Assembly: GCA_963775935.1 (NCBI GenBank)
Contig: CAVZKR010000003.1
Span: 321,012-385,011, forward strand
Source of the DNA: an uncultured Chloroflexia bacterium
Lineage (GTDB): Bacteria; Chloroflexota; Dehalococcoidia; GIF9; UBA5629
Direction: 5' to 3'
Length of the DNA stretch: 64,000 nt
The notes under the pieces are model-generated. The model was not told the origin of the DNA. It saw only the letters and a program-made list of their open reading frames with translations, and made no database searches. Of this stretch, positions 10,945 through 20,693 are shown piece by piece. The position numbers and the translations under genes were made by a program. The stretch's first letter is position 1. Each line of letters starts with the position of its first letter.

Positions 10945-10973
10945 TTGTCATGCTATTAGCATTACATTATAAT
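10945..10973 (+). promoter_or_regulatory. sigma-70-type promoter of the hrcA-grpE-dnaK operon
   Basis: TTGTCA (10945-10950), 17-nt spacer, TATAAT (10968-10973). Confidence 0.7.
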
Positions 10974-10976
10974 AAG

Positions 10977-11003
10977 TTAGCAGTCGTTAATGGAGAGTGC
11001 TAA
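10977..11003 (+). promoter_or_regulatory. CIRCE operator (HrcA binding site)
   Basis: TTAGCAGTC-N9-GAGTGCTAA differs by one mismatch from the consensus TTAGCACTC-N9-GAGTGCTAA. It lies directly downstream of the -10 box. Confidence 0.9.
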
Positions 11004-12043
11004 AATTGGTCAGCGAGCTAACTCCGAGAAGAAGAGCCATACTCAACATAATAGTAGCCGAGTATATTGCTACGGCAACGCCTGTGGCTTCAGAGACCAT
11101 TCTTCGCACTTACCAGATTGGTGTAAGCTCGGCGACTATCCGTAACGATATGGCTTACCTTGAAAAAGAAGGCTATATCACCAAGCCTCATACATCGGCT
11201 GGCAGCATTCCCCTGGTAAAGGGATATCGATATTATGTTGAGTCAATATCGAAAGACAGCGAGCTGCCGCTAGAGGAACAACATCGTATTCGTGACTCAT
11301 TCCAGAATATAGAAGAGATTGAGCGATGGCTAAAAGTGGCTGCAGCTATGTTAGCTCGTTTAGTTGGCAATGCAGCCCTGGTTACCTTCCCCAAGGTAAG
11401 GCAATACCATCTTAAGCACCTGGAATTAGTAGCATTGCACGAATTCCTGGCTCTGCTCATAGTGGTGCTCAGCGAAACTGTACTGAGGCAGCAACTGGTA
11501 ACATTCCACGAACCGGTAACCCAGGAGCAATTAACTATCATTGCCAATAAACTAAACGCCCATTACACCGGGTTTACCAGCTCTCAAATCCTTTCCCAGA
11601 AACTGGCAGCGACACCAGAAGAAAAACAGGTAACCGAGGCTACAGTAGATATGATGGCAGCCGAAGATGATTTAGACTACCATGCAACTTACCTTGAGGG
11701 ATTGCGCCTGATGCTGAGGCAGCCTGAATTCATGGGAAAGGAGAGGATGCTGAGAGTCATGGAGCTCATGGAAGCGCGGGACTGGCTTGCACCTGTGCTC
11801 CATCAACAGTTAGGAGATAAGCAAGTCCAGGTGATGATTGGTGAAGAAAGCCATGATGAGTCACTTAAAGACCTCAGTTTGGTTCTCAGTCACTATGGCA
11901 TCCCCAGAAAAGTGAAGGGTACTATTGGGGTCATTGGACCAACTCGCATGGACTATCGGAGAGCAATCTCTACAGTGAGCTACATGTCAGATGTACTGAG
12001 TTATCTGGTAGCTGGCGTCTACGGTGAAGATGCAGGAAAATAG
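10997..12043 (+). CDS. hrcA: heat-inducible transcription repressor HrcA
   Basis: 348 aa with an N-terminal winged helix (LTPRRRAILNIIVAEYIATATPVASETI). The track start GTG 10997 lies inside CIRCE. In-frame TTG 11006, preceded by GGAGAG, is an alternative start. Confidence 0.92.
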   Translation: MLKLVSELTPRRRAILNIIVAEYIATATPVASETILRTYQIGVSSATIRNDMAYLEKEGYITKPHTSAGSIPLVKGYRYYVESISKDSELPLEEQHRIRDSFQNIEEIERWLKVAAAMLARLVGNAALVTFPKVRQYHLKHLELVALHEFLALLIVVLSETVLRQQLVTFHEPVTQEQLTIIANKLNAHYTGFTSSQILSQKLAATPEEKQVTEATVDMMAAEDDLDYHATYLEGLRLMLRQPEFMGKERMLRVMELMEARDWLAPVLHQQLGDKQVQVMIGEESHDESLKDLSLVLSHYGIPRKVKGTIGVIGPTRMDYRRAISTVSYMSDVLSYLVAGVYGEDAGK

Positions 12044-12058
12044 CGACAGGAGATTTAG

Positions 12059-12640
12059 TTGACTGAAGAGAATAAGGTAACAGATGAAAACCAGGCTTCC
12101 GAAATACCAGCCACCGAGGAAGGCGCTGAATTACTAAAGCGTAATCTTGCAGAGGAAATTGAAAAAACCAACAAGTATCTGGCTAACTGGCAGAGAACAG
12201 AGGCTGATTTCAGCAACTATAAGAAGCGTGTTGAGCAAGAAAAGAACGAAACGACTGCCTTTGCCAATCGTGATGTTATTCGTGCTCTCCTTCCGGTGCT
12301 GGATGACATGGAACGCGCACTTGCTTCATTGCCACCCAAGTCGGCAAAACCTATCTGGGTCGATGGCATCAAACTTATCCATCGTAAACTTCAAACTATC
12401 CTGGAATCATACGGAGTGACGGAAGTAGAAGCAGCAGGAAAACCATTTGACCCAAACATTCACGAGGCAATAGCACATATAGAGGGTAAAGAGGGAATGA
12501 TTATTAATGAAATCCAGAAGGGTTACAAAATGAAGGATAAACTTCTGCGCCCGTCCCTGGTTGCAGTGGGCAATGGCAAAGTGGACGAGCACGAACGTAA
12601 AACAGAGGAGGAAAAACCGCAGGAAACAAGCGGTACGTAA
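12059..12640 (+). CDS. grpE: nucleotide exchange factor GrpE
   Basis: TTG start after AGGAG; coiled coil followed by the GrpE core ...FDPNIHEAIAHIE... Confidence 0.93.
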   Translation: MTEENKVTDENQASEIPATEEGAELLKRNLAEEIEKTNKYLANWQRTEADFSNYKKRVEQEKNETTAFANRDVIRALLPVLDDMERALASLPPKSAKPIWVDGIKLIHRKLQTILESYGVTEVEAAGKPFDPNIHEAIAHIEGKEGMIINEIQKGYKMKDKLLRPSLVAVGNGKVDEHERKTEEEKPQETSGT

Positions 12641-12673
12641 TATTTTTGTCTTATTTACTACAAGGAGGAAAAC

Positions 12674-14587
12674 ATGGGAAGAACTATAGGAATTGACCTG
12701 GGAACTACATTAAGTGTCATGGCTGTTATCGAGGGGGGTGACCCCGTCATTATCCCCAACGCCGAGGGAGAAAGACTTACCCCATCAGTAGTTGCCATTG
12801 ATAAGAAAGGCGAACGCCTGGTAGGTTTACTGGCAAAGCGCCAATCAATTACCAATCCTGAAAATACAATTTACAGCATCAAGCGCCTTATGGGTCGCAA
12901 ATTCAAGGATGCTGAAGTCCAATATGACATCAAGCGTCTGCCCTATAAGATTGTAGAAGCATCGAACGGTGACGCTAAAGTCAGTATGGGGGGTAAGGAA
13001 TATAGCCCTCCTGAGATATCAGCGATGATTTTACAAAAGCTTAAAGTAGATGCTGAAGCTTATCTCGGCGACAAAGTGAACGACGCCGTAATTACGGTGC
13101 CTGCCTATTTTAATGACAGCCAGCGTCAGGCAACGAAAGACGCTGGGAAGATAGCCGGTCTGAATGTGCTGCGCATCATCAACGAGCCAACGGCTTCAGC
13201 ATTAGCCTACGGTCTGGACAAGAAAAAGGAGGAAACCATCGCCGTCTACGACCTGGGAGGAGGTACCTTTGATATCTCTATCCTTGAACTTGGCGAAGGT
13301 ACCTTCCAGGTAAAATCCACCAACGGTGACACTCATCTTGGTGGTGATGATGTCGACCAGATCGTCATGGACTGGCTATGCGATGAGTTTAAAAAGGAAG
13401 CGGGTATAGATTTACGGCAAGACAGGATGGCATTGCAGCGGCTCAAGGATGCCGCGGAAAAGGCAAAGAAAGAGCTCTCCACAGTATCGCAGACAGAGAT
13501 TAACCTGCCCTTCATCACTGCTGATGCTTCAGGACCCAAGCATATGAATATAACGCTGAGCCGGTCCAAGTTGGAACAACTAGCGCATGATCTGCTGGAA
13601 AGAACCGTAGAGCCCTGCCGCAAAGCCATGGCAGATGCCGGGCTCACTGCAGCCCAGATTAATGAGATAGTGCTCGTTGGCGGCCAGACCAGAATGCCCA
13701 GAGTTCAAGACATCGTCCGCCAATTTTTCGGTAAGGAACCAATCAAGACGGTCAATCCTGATGAGGCAGTGGCGCTGGGAGCCGCCATACAGGGGGGTGT
13801 GCTTAAGGGAGATGTCAGAGAAGTGCTCCTTCTCGATGTAACTCCGCTCACGCTCGGTATAGAAACATTAGGTGGAGTAGCGACCTCGCTCATCCCACGC
13901 AATACCACTATACCCACCTCTAAAAGCCAGATATTCAGTACCGCCAGCGACAGTCAGCCTTCTGTGGAAATACATGTCCTCCAGGGTGAGCGCCAGATGG
14001 CAAACGATAACAGAACGCTGGGTCGATTTATACTCGACGGCATTTTGCCTGCACCCAGAGGGATACCACAAGTCGAAGTTACCTTTGACATCGATGCCAA
14101 TGGCATTTTAAATGTCAGAGCACAGGACAAAGGTACCGGTAAAGAACAAAAGATAACTATTACTGCCTCCAGCGGTCTGAGCAAGGAAGAGGTGGAAAAA
14201 ATGACCAGAGAGGCAGAACGTCATGCCACTGAAGATGCTAAAAAGAAGGAAGAGGTTGAAGTCCGCAACAATGCTGACAGCCTAGTCTATACTGCCGAGA
14301 AAATCCTCCGCGAGCAAGGTGACAAGGTACCTGCTGACTTAAAACAACAGATTGATGGCAAGGTAGCAGCATTGCACTCAGCTCTTCAGGGTGCTGACAT
14401 TACTTACATGAAGAATACCACACAAGAGCTATCTGATTTGATGCAGAAAATCGGCGCCGCAGTATATCAACAGCCAGGCGCTGGTCCCGCACAACCCCCG
14501 CCCGCTGGTGACCAGGAGCCTCCTCCAGGTGGTGGTACCCAGGGTGGTGAACAAGGTACAGTAGAAGGAGAATTCAGAGAAGTATAG
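12674..14587 (+). CDS. dnaK: chaperone DnaK (Hsp70)
   Basis: 637 aa with [16 protein letters not shown] and [10 protein letters not shown]. Confidence 0.98.
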   Translation: MGRTIGIDLGTTLSVMAVIEGGDPVIIPNAEGERLTPSVVAIDKKGERLVGLLAKRQSITNPENTIYSIKRLMGRKFKDAEVQYDIKRLPYKIVEASNGDAKVSMGGKEYSPPEISAMILQKLKVDAEAYLGDKVNDAVITVPAYFNDSQRQATKDAGKIAGLNVLRIINEPTASALAYGLDKKKEETIAVYDLGGGTFDISILELGEGTFQVKSTNGDTHLGGDDVDQIVMDWLCDEFKKEAGIDLRQDRMALQRLKDAAEKAKKELSTVSQTEINLPFITADASGPKHMNITLSRSKLEQLAHDLLERTVEPCRKAMADAGLTAAQINEIVLVGGQTRMPRVQDIVRQFFGKEPIKTVNPDEAVALGAAIQGGVLKGDVREVLLLDVTPLTLGIETLGGVATSLIPRNTTIPTSKSQIFSTASDSQPSVEIHVLQGERQMANDNRTLGRFILDGILPAPRGIPQVEVTFDIDANGILNVRAQDKGTGKEQKITITASSGLSKEEVEKMTREAERHATEDAKKKEEVEVRNNADSLVYTAEKILREQGDKVPADLKQQIDGKVAALHSALQGADITYMKNTTQELSDLMQKIGAAVYQQPGAGPAQPPPAGDQEPPPGGGTQGGEQGTVEGEFREV

Positions 14588-14612
14588 CAAGACTCTACTC
14601 TCGCAAACAGAC

Positions 14613-14656
14613 GGGGCAGCGTATCAGCATTTCTCACAAGCTGCCCCTCTATTTTT
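14613..14656 (+). terminator. Rho-independent terminator after dnaK
   Basis: GGGGCAGC, 19-nt loop, GCTGCCCC, then tctattttt. Confidence 0.7.
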
Positions 14657-14720
14657 GGGCATTGACATATGAGTTAAAATGAGAAAAGCTCGTTTCGGGG
14701 AATAAAGGAGACAAGCACTC

Positions 14721-14876
14721 ATGGCAAAAGGTTCTGGCTCAACGACTTCGGGTACTGTAATAGGAATACTGGCTATCGTTGCTGGCGTACTGATGCTTCT
14801 GGGGATATTGCCCCTCTATCTCGTCGTCGGCATCTATTTATTAATATTCGGCATACTGGCGCTTATCGGAAAGTAA
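14721..14876 (+). CDS. small two-helix membrane protein (51 aa), paralog 1 of 3 (DUF3096-like)
   Basis: AAGGAG lies upstream of the ATG. Sequence MAKGSGSTTSGTVIGILAIVAGVLMLLGILPLYLVVGIYLLIFGILALIGK. Below the ORF-track size cutoff. Confidence 0.65.
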   Translation: MAKGSGSTTSGTVIGILAIVAGVLMLLGILPLYLVVGIYLLIFGILALIGK

Positions 14877-14933
14877 ACCGGAAATTCTAGGCTAAACACC
14901 GTATACGCTATTCATGAGAGGATATAACCGATA

Positions 14934-15071
14934 ATGAAAGGTGGTTGGCTAGCCGGTATACTTGCTGTCATCGCTGGAGTTCTGATACTATGGCTGCGCC
15001 TGGAGTTAAATCTGGTAGTTAGTATTTTTCTTATTATATACGGAATACTGGCTTTAACAGGAAGGAGGTAA
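14934..15071 (+). CDS. small two-helix membrane protein (45 aa), paralog 2 of 3
   Basis: MKGGWLAGILAVIAGVLILWLRLELNLVVSIFLIIYGILALTGRR; it shares the (A/G)ILA-IAGVL...Y-G-ILAL pattern with paralog 1. Confidence 0.6.
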   Translation: MKGGWLAGILAVIAGVLILWLRLELNLVVSIFLIIYGILALTGRR

Positions 15072-15073
15072 TT

Positions 15074-15232
15074 ATGCCTTTTGCTATGCCTGTAGGTGGT
15101 CTGATCTGGGGAATCATTACTCTCATCTTCGGAATTATTGTGATGATTTTCCCCAAAATACTCAACTATCTGGTGGGCATCTATCTTATCGTCATTGGTC
15201 TTTTAGCCATTTTCGGGGCTATTATTACATAA
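15074..15232 (+). CDS. small two-helix membrane protein (52 aa), paralog 3 of 3
   Basis: The ATG is 2 nt after the paralog 2 stop, with AGGAGG inside the upstream gene's end. Sequence MPFAMPVGGLIWGIITLIFGIIVMIFPKILNYLVGIYLIVIGLLAIFGAIIT. Confidence 0.6.
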   Translation: MPFAMPVGGLIWGIITLIFGIIVMIFPKILNYLVGIYLIVIGLLAIFGAIIT

Positions 15233-15352
15233 CTTAGCCCAACGCACGCATGCCTGCCTGCTGACATCGGGATTATAAGCAAAGAGAGCAAAGACTCCCT
15301 CTTTCAGACATTGCTTCTTTTGCTTTGTTGGTTTACTGTAATAAGCTGAACT

Positions 15353-16120
15353 ATGCTCTACCTTGGCACCTCAGGATTCAGCTATAACGACTGGGTAGGT
15401 ACGTATTACCCACCTAAAATGCCACGACAGGAGTGGCTTCACTACTATGCCCGCGAGTTCAATGCTCTTGAGCTTAATTCTACCTACTACGCCATTCCAC
15501 CGATTTCTATAGTGAAAAATATAATTGCCAGAACCGGAGAGGGCTTCCTGTTTTCAGTCAAGGCAAACCAGGAAATGACCCATGGCCGCCAGAACGAAAA
15601 CGCAGTCTTCACAGCCTTCCTTCACATGCTCCACCCCTTTATCGACGCTGGGAAGCTTGGTTGTGTGCTCGCACAATTCCCCTATAGCTTTTCCTATAAT
15701 CAGGAAAACCTGGACTATATCAAACTCTTCCGCGAGAGGACGGGAGAACTGCCCGTGGTCATTGAATTCCGCAATATACAATGGATTAAACCCAAGGTAT
15801 TCGATTTCCTTCGCTGCCAGAACCTTGGCTTCTGCTGCGTCGACGAGCCGAAGTTGCCTCGATTACTTCCACCGATAGCTGAAGTCACCAGCAATATAGC
15901 CTATGTCCGTTTTCACGGACGGAACGCTGCCAAATGGTGGCAACATGAATATGCCTATGAGCGGTACGATTATACCTACTCCAACGAAGAACTGACAGAA
16001 TGGATACCGAAAATAAAGCAACTGGACAATAAAACGGAGAAGACTTTCGTCTTTGCCAATAACCACTGGCGAGGGCAGGCGGTAAATACCATACGCCAGC
16101 TTCGCCTCATGATGGATTAA
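15353..16120 (+). CDS. DUF72 (UPF0759) family protein
   Basis: The N-terminus MLYLGTSGFSYNDWVGTYYP is the hallmark opening of DUF72 proteins. Confidence 0.85.
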   Translation: MLYLGTSGFSYNDWVGTYYPPKMPRQEWLHYYAREFNALELNSTYYAIPPISIVKNIIARTGEGFLFSVKANQEMTHGRQNENAVFTAFLHMLHPFIDAGKLGCVLAQFPYSFSYNQENLDYIKLFRERTGELPVVIEFRNIQWIKPKVFDFLRCQNLGFCCVDEPKLPRLLPPIAEVTSNIAYVRFHGRNAAKWWQHEYAYERYDYTYSNEELTEWIPKIKQLDNKTEKTFVFANNHWRGQAVNTIRQLRLMMD

Positions 16121-16157
16121 CTGTGTTTACTTATGTCCTTCAAAAAATATTAATTAG

Positions 16158-16270
16158 GAGATTGTTTATTTTGTCATTGCGAGGAGCCCGCCTGAGGCGG
16201 ACTGACGAAGCAATCTCAGGGATTGCCACGCTTCGCTCGCAATGACAGAGGGAAGTTGCTAAACAATCTC
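16158..16270. mobile_element. MITE-like palindromic element, copy 1 (113 bp)
   Basis: Terminal inverted repeats GAGATTGTTTA...TAAACAATCTC. Nested hairpins: GTCATTGCGAG/CTCGCAATGAC, CCGCCtgaGGCGG, GCAATCtcaggGATTGC. Flanked on both sides by the direct repeat TAATTAG. Near-identical copy at 34894..35005. Confidence 0.8.
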
Positions 16271-16344
16271 TAATTAGCTTGCTTTACCTACTATCATCGG
16301 TTAGAATAACATCGATAGCGTAGTATCCCTTAAAGGTCTGTATT

Positions 16345-16719
16345 ATGGGCGATTTCTCAGAAGCGTATCAGAATTTATCGAAAGAACGAGAGCGTCTCAC
16401 CAAAGAGCTGGAAGATTTAGAAGTTACCATGAAGCCAGCCGACGAGAGACGTGAGGCGAGTCCCTTCGGCAAAAGAGAAGAGGAAGCGACCGAGTTCATG
16501 GAGTTTGAGAAGAGGCTGGCGCTGAAAAAACAACTGGCAGACTCTCTGGACAAGATAAACCGCGCTATACAGAAATATGAGACAGGCACTTATGGTATCT
16601 GCGACCAGTGTGGTAAGCCAATAGAACCTGCCAGACTCGAAGCGCTACCCTACGCCATCCTCTGTTTAACCTGCAAAGCAGCCCAGGCCAAGAATATCAG
16701 GAGCAGATCGACCCGTTAA
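16345..16719 (+). CDS. DksA/TraR-family C4 zinc-finger protein
   Basis: Coiled-coil N-terminus followed by CDQCGKPIEPARLEALPYAILCLTC. Confidence 0.85.
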   Translation: MGDFSEAYQNLSKERERLTKELEDLEVTMKPADERREASPFGKREEEATEFMEFEKRLALKKQLADSLDKINRAIQKYETGTYGICDQCGKPIEPARLEALPYAILCLTCKAAQAKNIRSRSTR

Positions 16720-16720
16720 C

Positions 16721-17200
16721 GTGTGGAGGAGATGGTTTTCCCTGCCGGTTGCTGCCTTCGTGGTAATCGCCGACCAGTTGACTAAATTTTGGATAAGAGC
16801 TAACTTGCTGCCTGGTGACTCCTTTCCAGAAATCGGCAATCTTACTATCATCCACATCCAAAACACTGGCGCATCATTTGGCTTGTTCCCAAATCAAACA
16901 ATCCTGCTCACCATCATTGCTATAGCAGGGCTGGTAGTGATATTCTTTTTCTTTCGCTACCTCCCTCAGTCCATTCTGATCAGTGTGACCCTGGGTCTGA
17001 TTATTGGTGGCGACCTGGGCAATCTCACCGACCGTATCCGCCTCGGTCAGGTGACCGATTTTATCTATTTCCGCCTCTGGAATGATGTCTACTGGCCTGC
17101 TTTCAATGTCGCTGACTCAGCTATCACTGTCGGCGTTATTGCTCTTGCTATCTTCCTCCTAGTGGGATTTAAGAAAAAAGATGACCAACCCTCCAGGTGA
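16721..17200 (+). CDS. lspA: lipoprotein signal peptidase II
   Basis: 159 aa, four TM segments, ADQLTK...NTGASFG...FNVADS motifs. Confidence 0.92.
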   Translation: MWRRWFSLPVAAFVVIADQLTKFWIRANLLPGDSFPEIGNLTIIHIQNTGASFGLFPNQTILLTIIAIAGLVVIFFFFRYLPQSILISVTLGLIIGGDLGNLTDRIRLGQVTDFIYFRLWNDVYWPAFNVADSAITVGVIALAIFLLVGFKKKDDQPSR

Positions 17201-18092
17201 ATATAATACAATTCAGGTCATTGAACCCGCAGCCCGTCTGGACAGGTACCTGGTTGTATTGTATCCCGAACTATCACGTGCCCGCCTCCAGAAGTTAATC
17301 GAACAAAACTATATACTGGTCAATGGTTACAGAGCAAAACCCAGTCAGAGGTTAAACACTGGAGATGAAATACGCATCAGCCTACCACCCCCTGAACAAA
17401 CTTCCCTTACCCCCGAGCCGATACCCCTGAACATAATCTATGAAGACGCTGATCTTATAGTACTGAATAAGCCAGCCGGCTTAACCGTTCATCCCGCTCC
17501 GGGACACATCAGCCATACCCTGGTCAATGCTCTGCTCGCTTACTGCCCGGCGCTAGCTGCCTTCGGTGATTCTCCACGCCCCGGCATAGTTCATCGCCTG
17601 GATAAAGATACCTCAGGACTTATGCTCATTGCCAAAACCGTACCTGCACAACAAAACCTAATCAATCAGTTTAAAGCACATTCGATATCGAAAGGCTACT
17701 TTGTCCTGGTAAAAGGCAGGCTAACACCGGCAAAGGGGATTATTGAAGCTCCCATCGGTCGCCATCCCGGCAACCGCAAACGCATGGCAATAGTCACTTC
17801 AGGTAGAGAGGCGAAAACCAGCTACAAAGTTAAGGAGTATCTCAATAGCTATTCCCTGCTTGAAGTCACTATCGAGACCGGTCGCACCCATCAGATACGC
17901 GTCCATCTCGCAGCAATCGGCTATCCTGTGGTCGGCGATTCAAACTATGGCGTTAAATCAGCCCACCTCAAAAGGCAGTTCCTCCACGCCTACCGCTTGG
18001 GCTTCCATCTGCCTTCCAGCGGAGAGTACCGGGAATTCAGCTGCGACTTACCACAAGACTTAAAACAAGCCCTATCAGATATTAAACAATAA
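17181..18092 (+). CDS. rluD: RluA-family 23S rRNA pseudouridine synthase (RluD-like) with an S4 domain
   Basis: Catalytic motif HRLDKDTSGLML and C-terminal GRTHQIRVHLA. Confidence 0.92.
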   Translation: MTNPPGEYNTIQVIEPAARLDRYLVVLYPELSRARLQKLIEQNYILVNGYRAKPSQRLNTGDEIRISLPPPEQTSLTPEPIPLNIIYEDADLIVLNKPAGLTVHPAPGHISHTLVNALLAYCPALAAFGDSPRPGIVHRLDKDTSGLMLIAKTVPAQQNLINQFKAHSISKGYFVLVKGRLTPAKGIIEAPIGRHPGNRKRMAIVTSGREAKTSYKVKEYLNSYSLLEVTIETGRTHQIRVHLAAIGYPVVGDSNYGVKSAHLKRQFLHAYRLGFHLPSSGEYREFSCDLPQDLKQALSDIKQ

Positions 18093-18115
18093 TAATGACA
18101 TCACCTTTTTCTTGG

Positions 18116-18139
18116 TTTGGAAGGGCTCGCCCTTCCAAA
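18116..18139 (+). terminator. hairpin after rluD (possible terminator; part of a GC-rich intergenic element running to about 18195)
   Basis: TTTGGAAGGG-ctcg-CCCTTCCAAA followed by a T-rich tract tcttctttcc. A second imperfect hairpin follows (ccccctcgttcc...gaaacggggg). Confidence 0.45.
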
Positions 18140-18242
18140 TCTTCTTTCCCCCTCGTTCCTGGAGAAGAAACGGGGGCAGGGGGAGTAAGGTTGATATTTA
18201 AACTATTGCTTAACCCCATACTAATGTGCTACATTGTAGTCA

Positions 18243-18533
18243 ATGAATATAGATAGAATGAAAGACCCAAAATCATATAGCCAACTCAAGAAAGACCAGA
18301 TGGGAAGAGAGAGCGACCTCCTGAGCCAGATCATGGGCACTGAGGATGAGATCAGGGCGCTGGAAGGATTCGAGGGCGACCTGGGATCTCGGCGGAACGA
18401 GATTCTCTTTAAAGTGCAAACCCAGATGGAAGACACCAGAAATCACTTAAGAGAAGCCGAGCAACTGGTCGAGCGTCTCAAGAAACACCTTGGCCAGCTA
18501 GAGGGCATACACCGCATCCTCACCAAGAGATAG
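18243..18533 (+). CDS. hypothetical coiled-coil protein (96 aa)
   Basis: ORF only; charged, heptad-like composition. Confidence 0.45.
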   Translation: MNIDRMKDPKSYSQLKKDQMGRESDLLSQIMGTEDEIRALEGFEGDLGSRRNEILFKVQTQMEDTRNHLREAEQLVERLKKHLGQLEGIHRILTKR

Positions 18534-18680
18534 TCGCAAACTCGCCATAAAACTCTTCCGCTTTCCCTCCGTATTTCTATGTTTTCATAGATGTGCCGAG
18601 AAGTTATCCGCCGTTTCTTTTATAATAAGAGTAGAAAATACCATTGTGCCGAATTTAGCACGTTGTGAAAGGGGCTGAGA

Positions 18681-19181
18681 TTGAACCAGAAGCCAGAAGA
18701 ATTTGCCCTGGAATATGCTGGCTTCTGGATTAGGTTCGGCGCTGCCCTTATTGATGTCATTTTTCTCGCCCTTATCCTCTTCATCATACGATACGACATT
18801 ATTATTAAATTCATGCTCTCGAAACTACCGCTGACGCCCTATATTGTCATATCAGCACTCTTAGTATGGATTATCCACATTGCCTACTTCGTTATTTTCT
18901 GGGCATGGCGGGGACAGACACCCGGAAAAATGATTACAGGAATAAAGATTATTCGCACCGATAGCTCTCCGCTCACCTGGCAATATGCCCTGCGACGCTA
19001 TCTGGGTTGTATTGCTTCAACATTGATTCTGTTCATCGGTTTCATCTGGATTGCCTTCGATAGTCGCAAACAAGGGCTTCATGATAAGCTCGCTGATACC
19101 TATGTGGTAAAACTGCCGGTCAGGCAAGTGATATTCACCCCGGAGTACTTAGCAGGAGGAAAGGTTGGCTATTCCCGATAG
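18681..19181 (+). CDS. RDD-family membrane protein
   Basis: YAGFWIRFGAALIDVIFL...WRGQTPGKMITGIKII...GLHDKLADTYVV fits the RDD domain pattern. Confidence 0.8.
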   Translation: MNQKPEEFALEYAGFWIRFGAALIDVIFLALILFIIRYDIIIKFMLSKLPLTPYIVISALLVWIIHIAYFVIFWAWRGQTPGKMITGIKIIRTDSSPLTWQYALRRYLGCIASTLILFIGFIWIAFDSRKQGLHDKLADTYVVKLPVRQVIFTPEYLAGGKVGYSR

Positions 19182-20613
19182 CAAAGTCAGAGTTCGTTTT
19201 GCTCCCAGCCCTACCGGCTACCCCCATCTGGGCAATATCAGAACAGCGTTGTTCAACTGGCTTTTTGCCCGCCACCACAACGGCACTTTTATCCTGCGCA
19301 TTGAAGACACCGATGTCGCCCGAAAGGTAGATGGGGCGGTGGAAATGATTATGGAAAGCCTGCGTTGGCTAAAGCTTGACTGGGACGAAGGACCCTATTT
19401 CCAATCGCAGCGTCTGAAACATTATCACGACGCAGCTAACGAGCTGGTGAAACGGGATGCAGCGTACCTCTGCTACTGCTCTTCGCAGAGATTGGAGGCA
19501 TTACGCCAGGAGCAGATGAGCCGCAAGCAACCGCCGGGCTATGACCGCCATTGCCGTAATCTCACACCTGAGCAAAAGAAAGAAATGGAAACAAGTGGCA
19601 TTACCCCCGTAGTACGGTTCAAGTCACCGCTGGAAGGTCAAACCTCATTTCATGATTTGATACGCGGCGAAATAGTCTTTGAAAACAGCACTCTGGATGA
19701 CTTCGTGCTCCTCAAGTCTGACGGCTACCCCACCTACCACCTGGCAAATATAGTTGACGACCACATGATGCAAATCTCCCATGTCCTCAGAGCTGATGAG
19801 TGGCTATCGAGCACACCCCGCCATACCCTGCTTTACCGTGCTCTGGAATGGCAACCACCACAGTTCGCTCACCTGCCCATGATACTAGGACCAGACCGCT
19901 CCAAGCTGAGCAAACGCCACGGAGCTACCGCCATTAACGAATATAAAGAACAGGGATACCTGGCCGAGGCAATGATTAACTTCCTGGCTCTGCTCGGTTG
20001 GTCGCTGGACGATAAGACAGAGCTGATGAACCAGCAGGATATCACCAACAATTTTTCCCTGGAGCGGGTCAGCAAAACCGCCGCCGTGTTCAACAAAGAC
20101 AAACTGGATTGGATGAACGGAGTCTACATCCGCAACTTAAGCCCTGCTGATTTTGCCAGCCAGGCGATTCCTTTCCTGGAGAAGAATCTGCCCGAGACCA
20201 TCAAGCGACCATTGGATATTGACTACCTGCGCAGCATCATGCCACTTATCCAGGACAGAGCCAAGACATTGACCGAGATTCCCCAGCTCATAGATTTTTT
20301 CTTCATTGAAAACCTGGACTATGATGCCAGCATGCTCCTGCACAAAATAGAAAAAACACAGGCAGTTCAGGCGCTTCAGACCACACTGACACGAATGGAA
20401 GGTACCAATAGCTGGACTACAGAACTACTGGAAACAACCCTGCGCCCTCTCGCCGAAGAGCTTAACCTCAAAACCGGCGTGTTCTTCGGTCTGCTGCGCA
20501 CCACCACCACCGGCAGAACCGCAGCTCCACCCCTGTTCCAGACCATGGAAGTGCTGGGTAAAGACCGCTGCTTCAAACGCCTCAACTCAGCCCTGGAAAA
20601 ACTCGCAGCCTAG
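19165..20613 (+). CDS. gltX: glutamyl-tRNA synthetase
   Basis: RFAPSPTGYPHLGN (HIGH-type motif) and KLSKRHG (KMSKS); TTG start after AGGAGGA. Confidence 0.95.
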   Translation: MAIPDSKVRVRFAPSPTGYPHLGNIRTALFNWLFARHHNGTFILRIEDTDVARKVDGAVEMIMESLRWLKLDWDEGPYFQSQRLKHYHDAANELVKRDAAYLCYCSSQRLEALRQEQMSRKQPPGYDRHCRNLTPEQKKEMETSGITPVVRFKSPLEGQTSFHDLIRGEIVFENSTLDDFVLLKSDGYPTYHLANIVDDHMMQISHVLRADEWLSSTPRHTLLYRALEWQPPQFAHLPMILGPDRSKLSKRHGATAINEYKEQGYLAEAMINFLALLGWSLDDKTELMNQQDITNNFSLERVSKTAAVFNKDKLDWMNGVYIRNLSPADFASQAIPFLEKNLPETIKRPLDIDYLRSIMPLIQDRAKTLTEIPQLIDFFFIENLDYDASMLLHKIEKTQAVQALQTTLTRMEGTNSWTTELLETTLRPLAEELNLKTGVFFGLLRTTTTGRTAAPPLFQTMEVLGKDRCFKRLNSALEKLAA

Positions 20614-20640
20614 TGAAACAAACTGTCATTGGCATCCACA

Positions 20641-20668
20641 TTGACACAATCATGATATATAATATAAT
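20641..20668 (+). promoter_or_regulatory. sigma-70-type promoter of hicBA
   Basis: TTGACA (20641-20646), 16-nt spacer, TATAAT (20663-20668). AAGAGGA lies upstream of ATG 20694. Confidence 0.7.
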
Positions 20669-20693
20669 GAATACATAAAGAGGACTGAAATAT

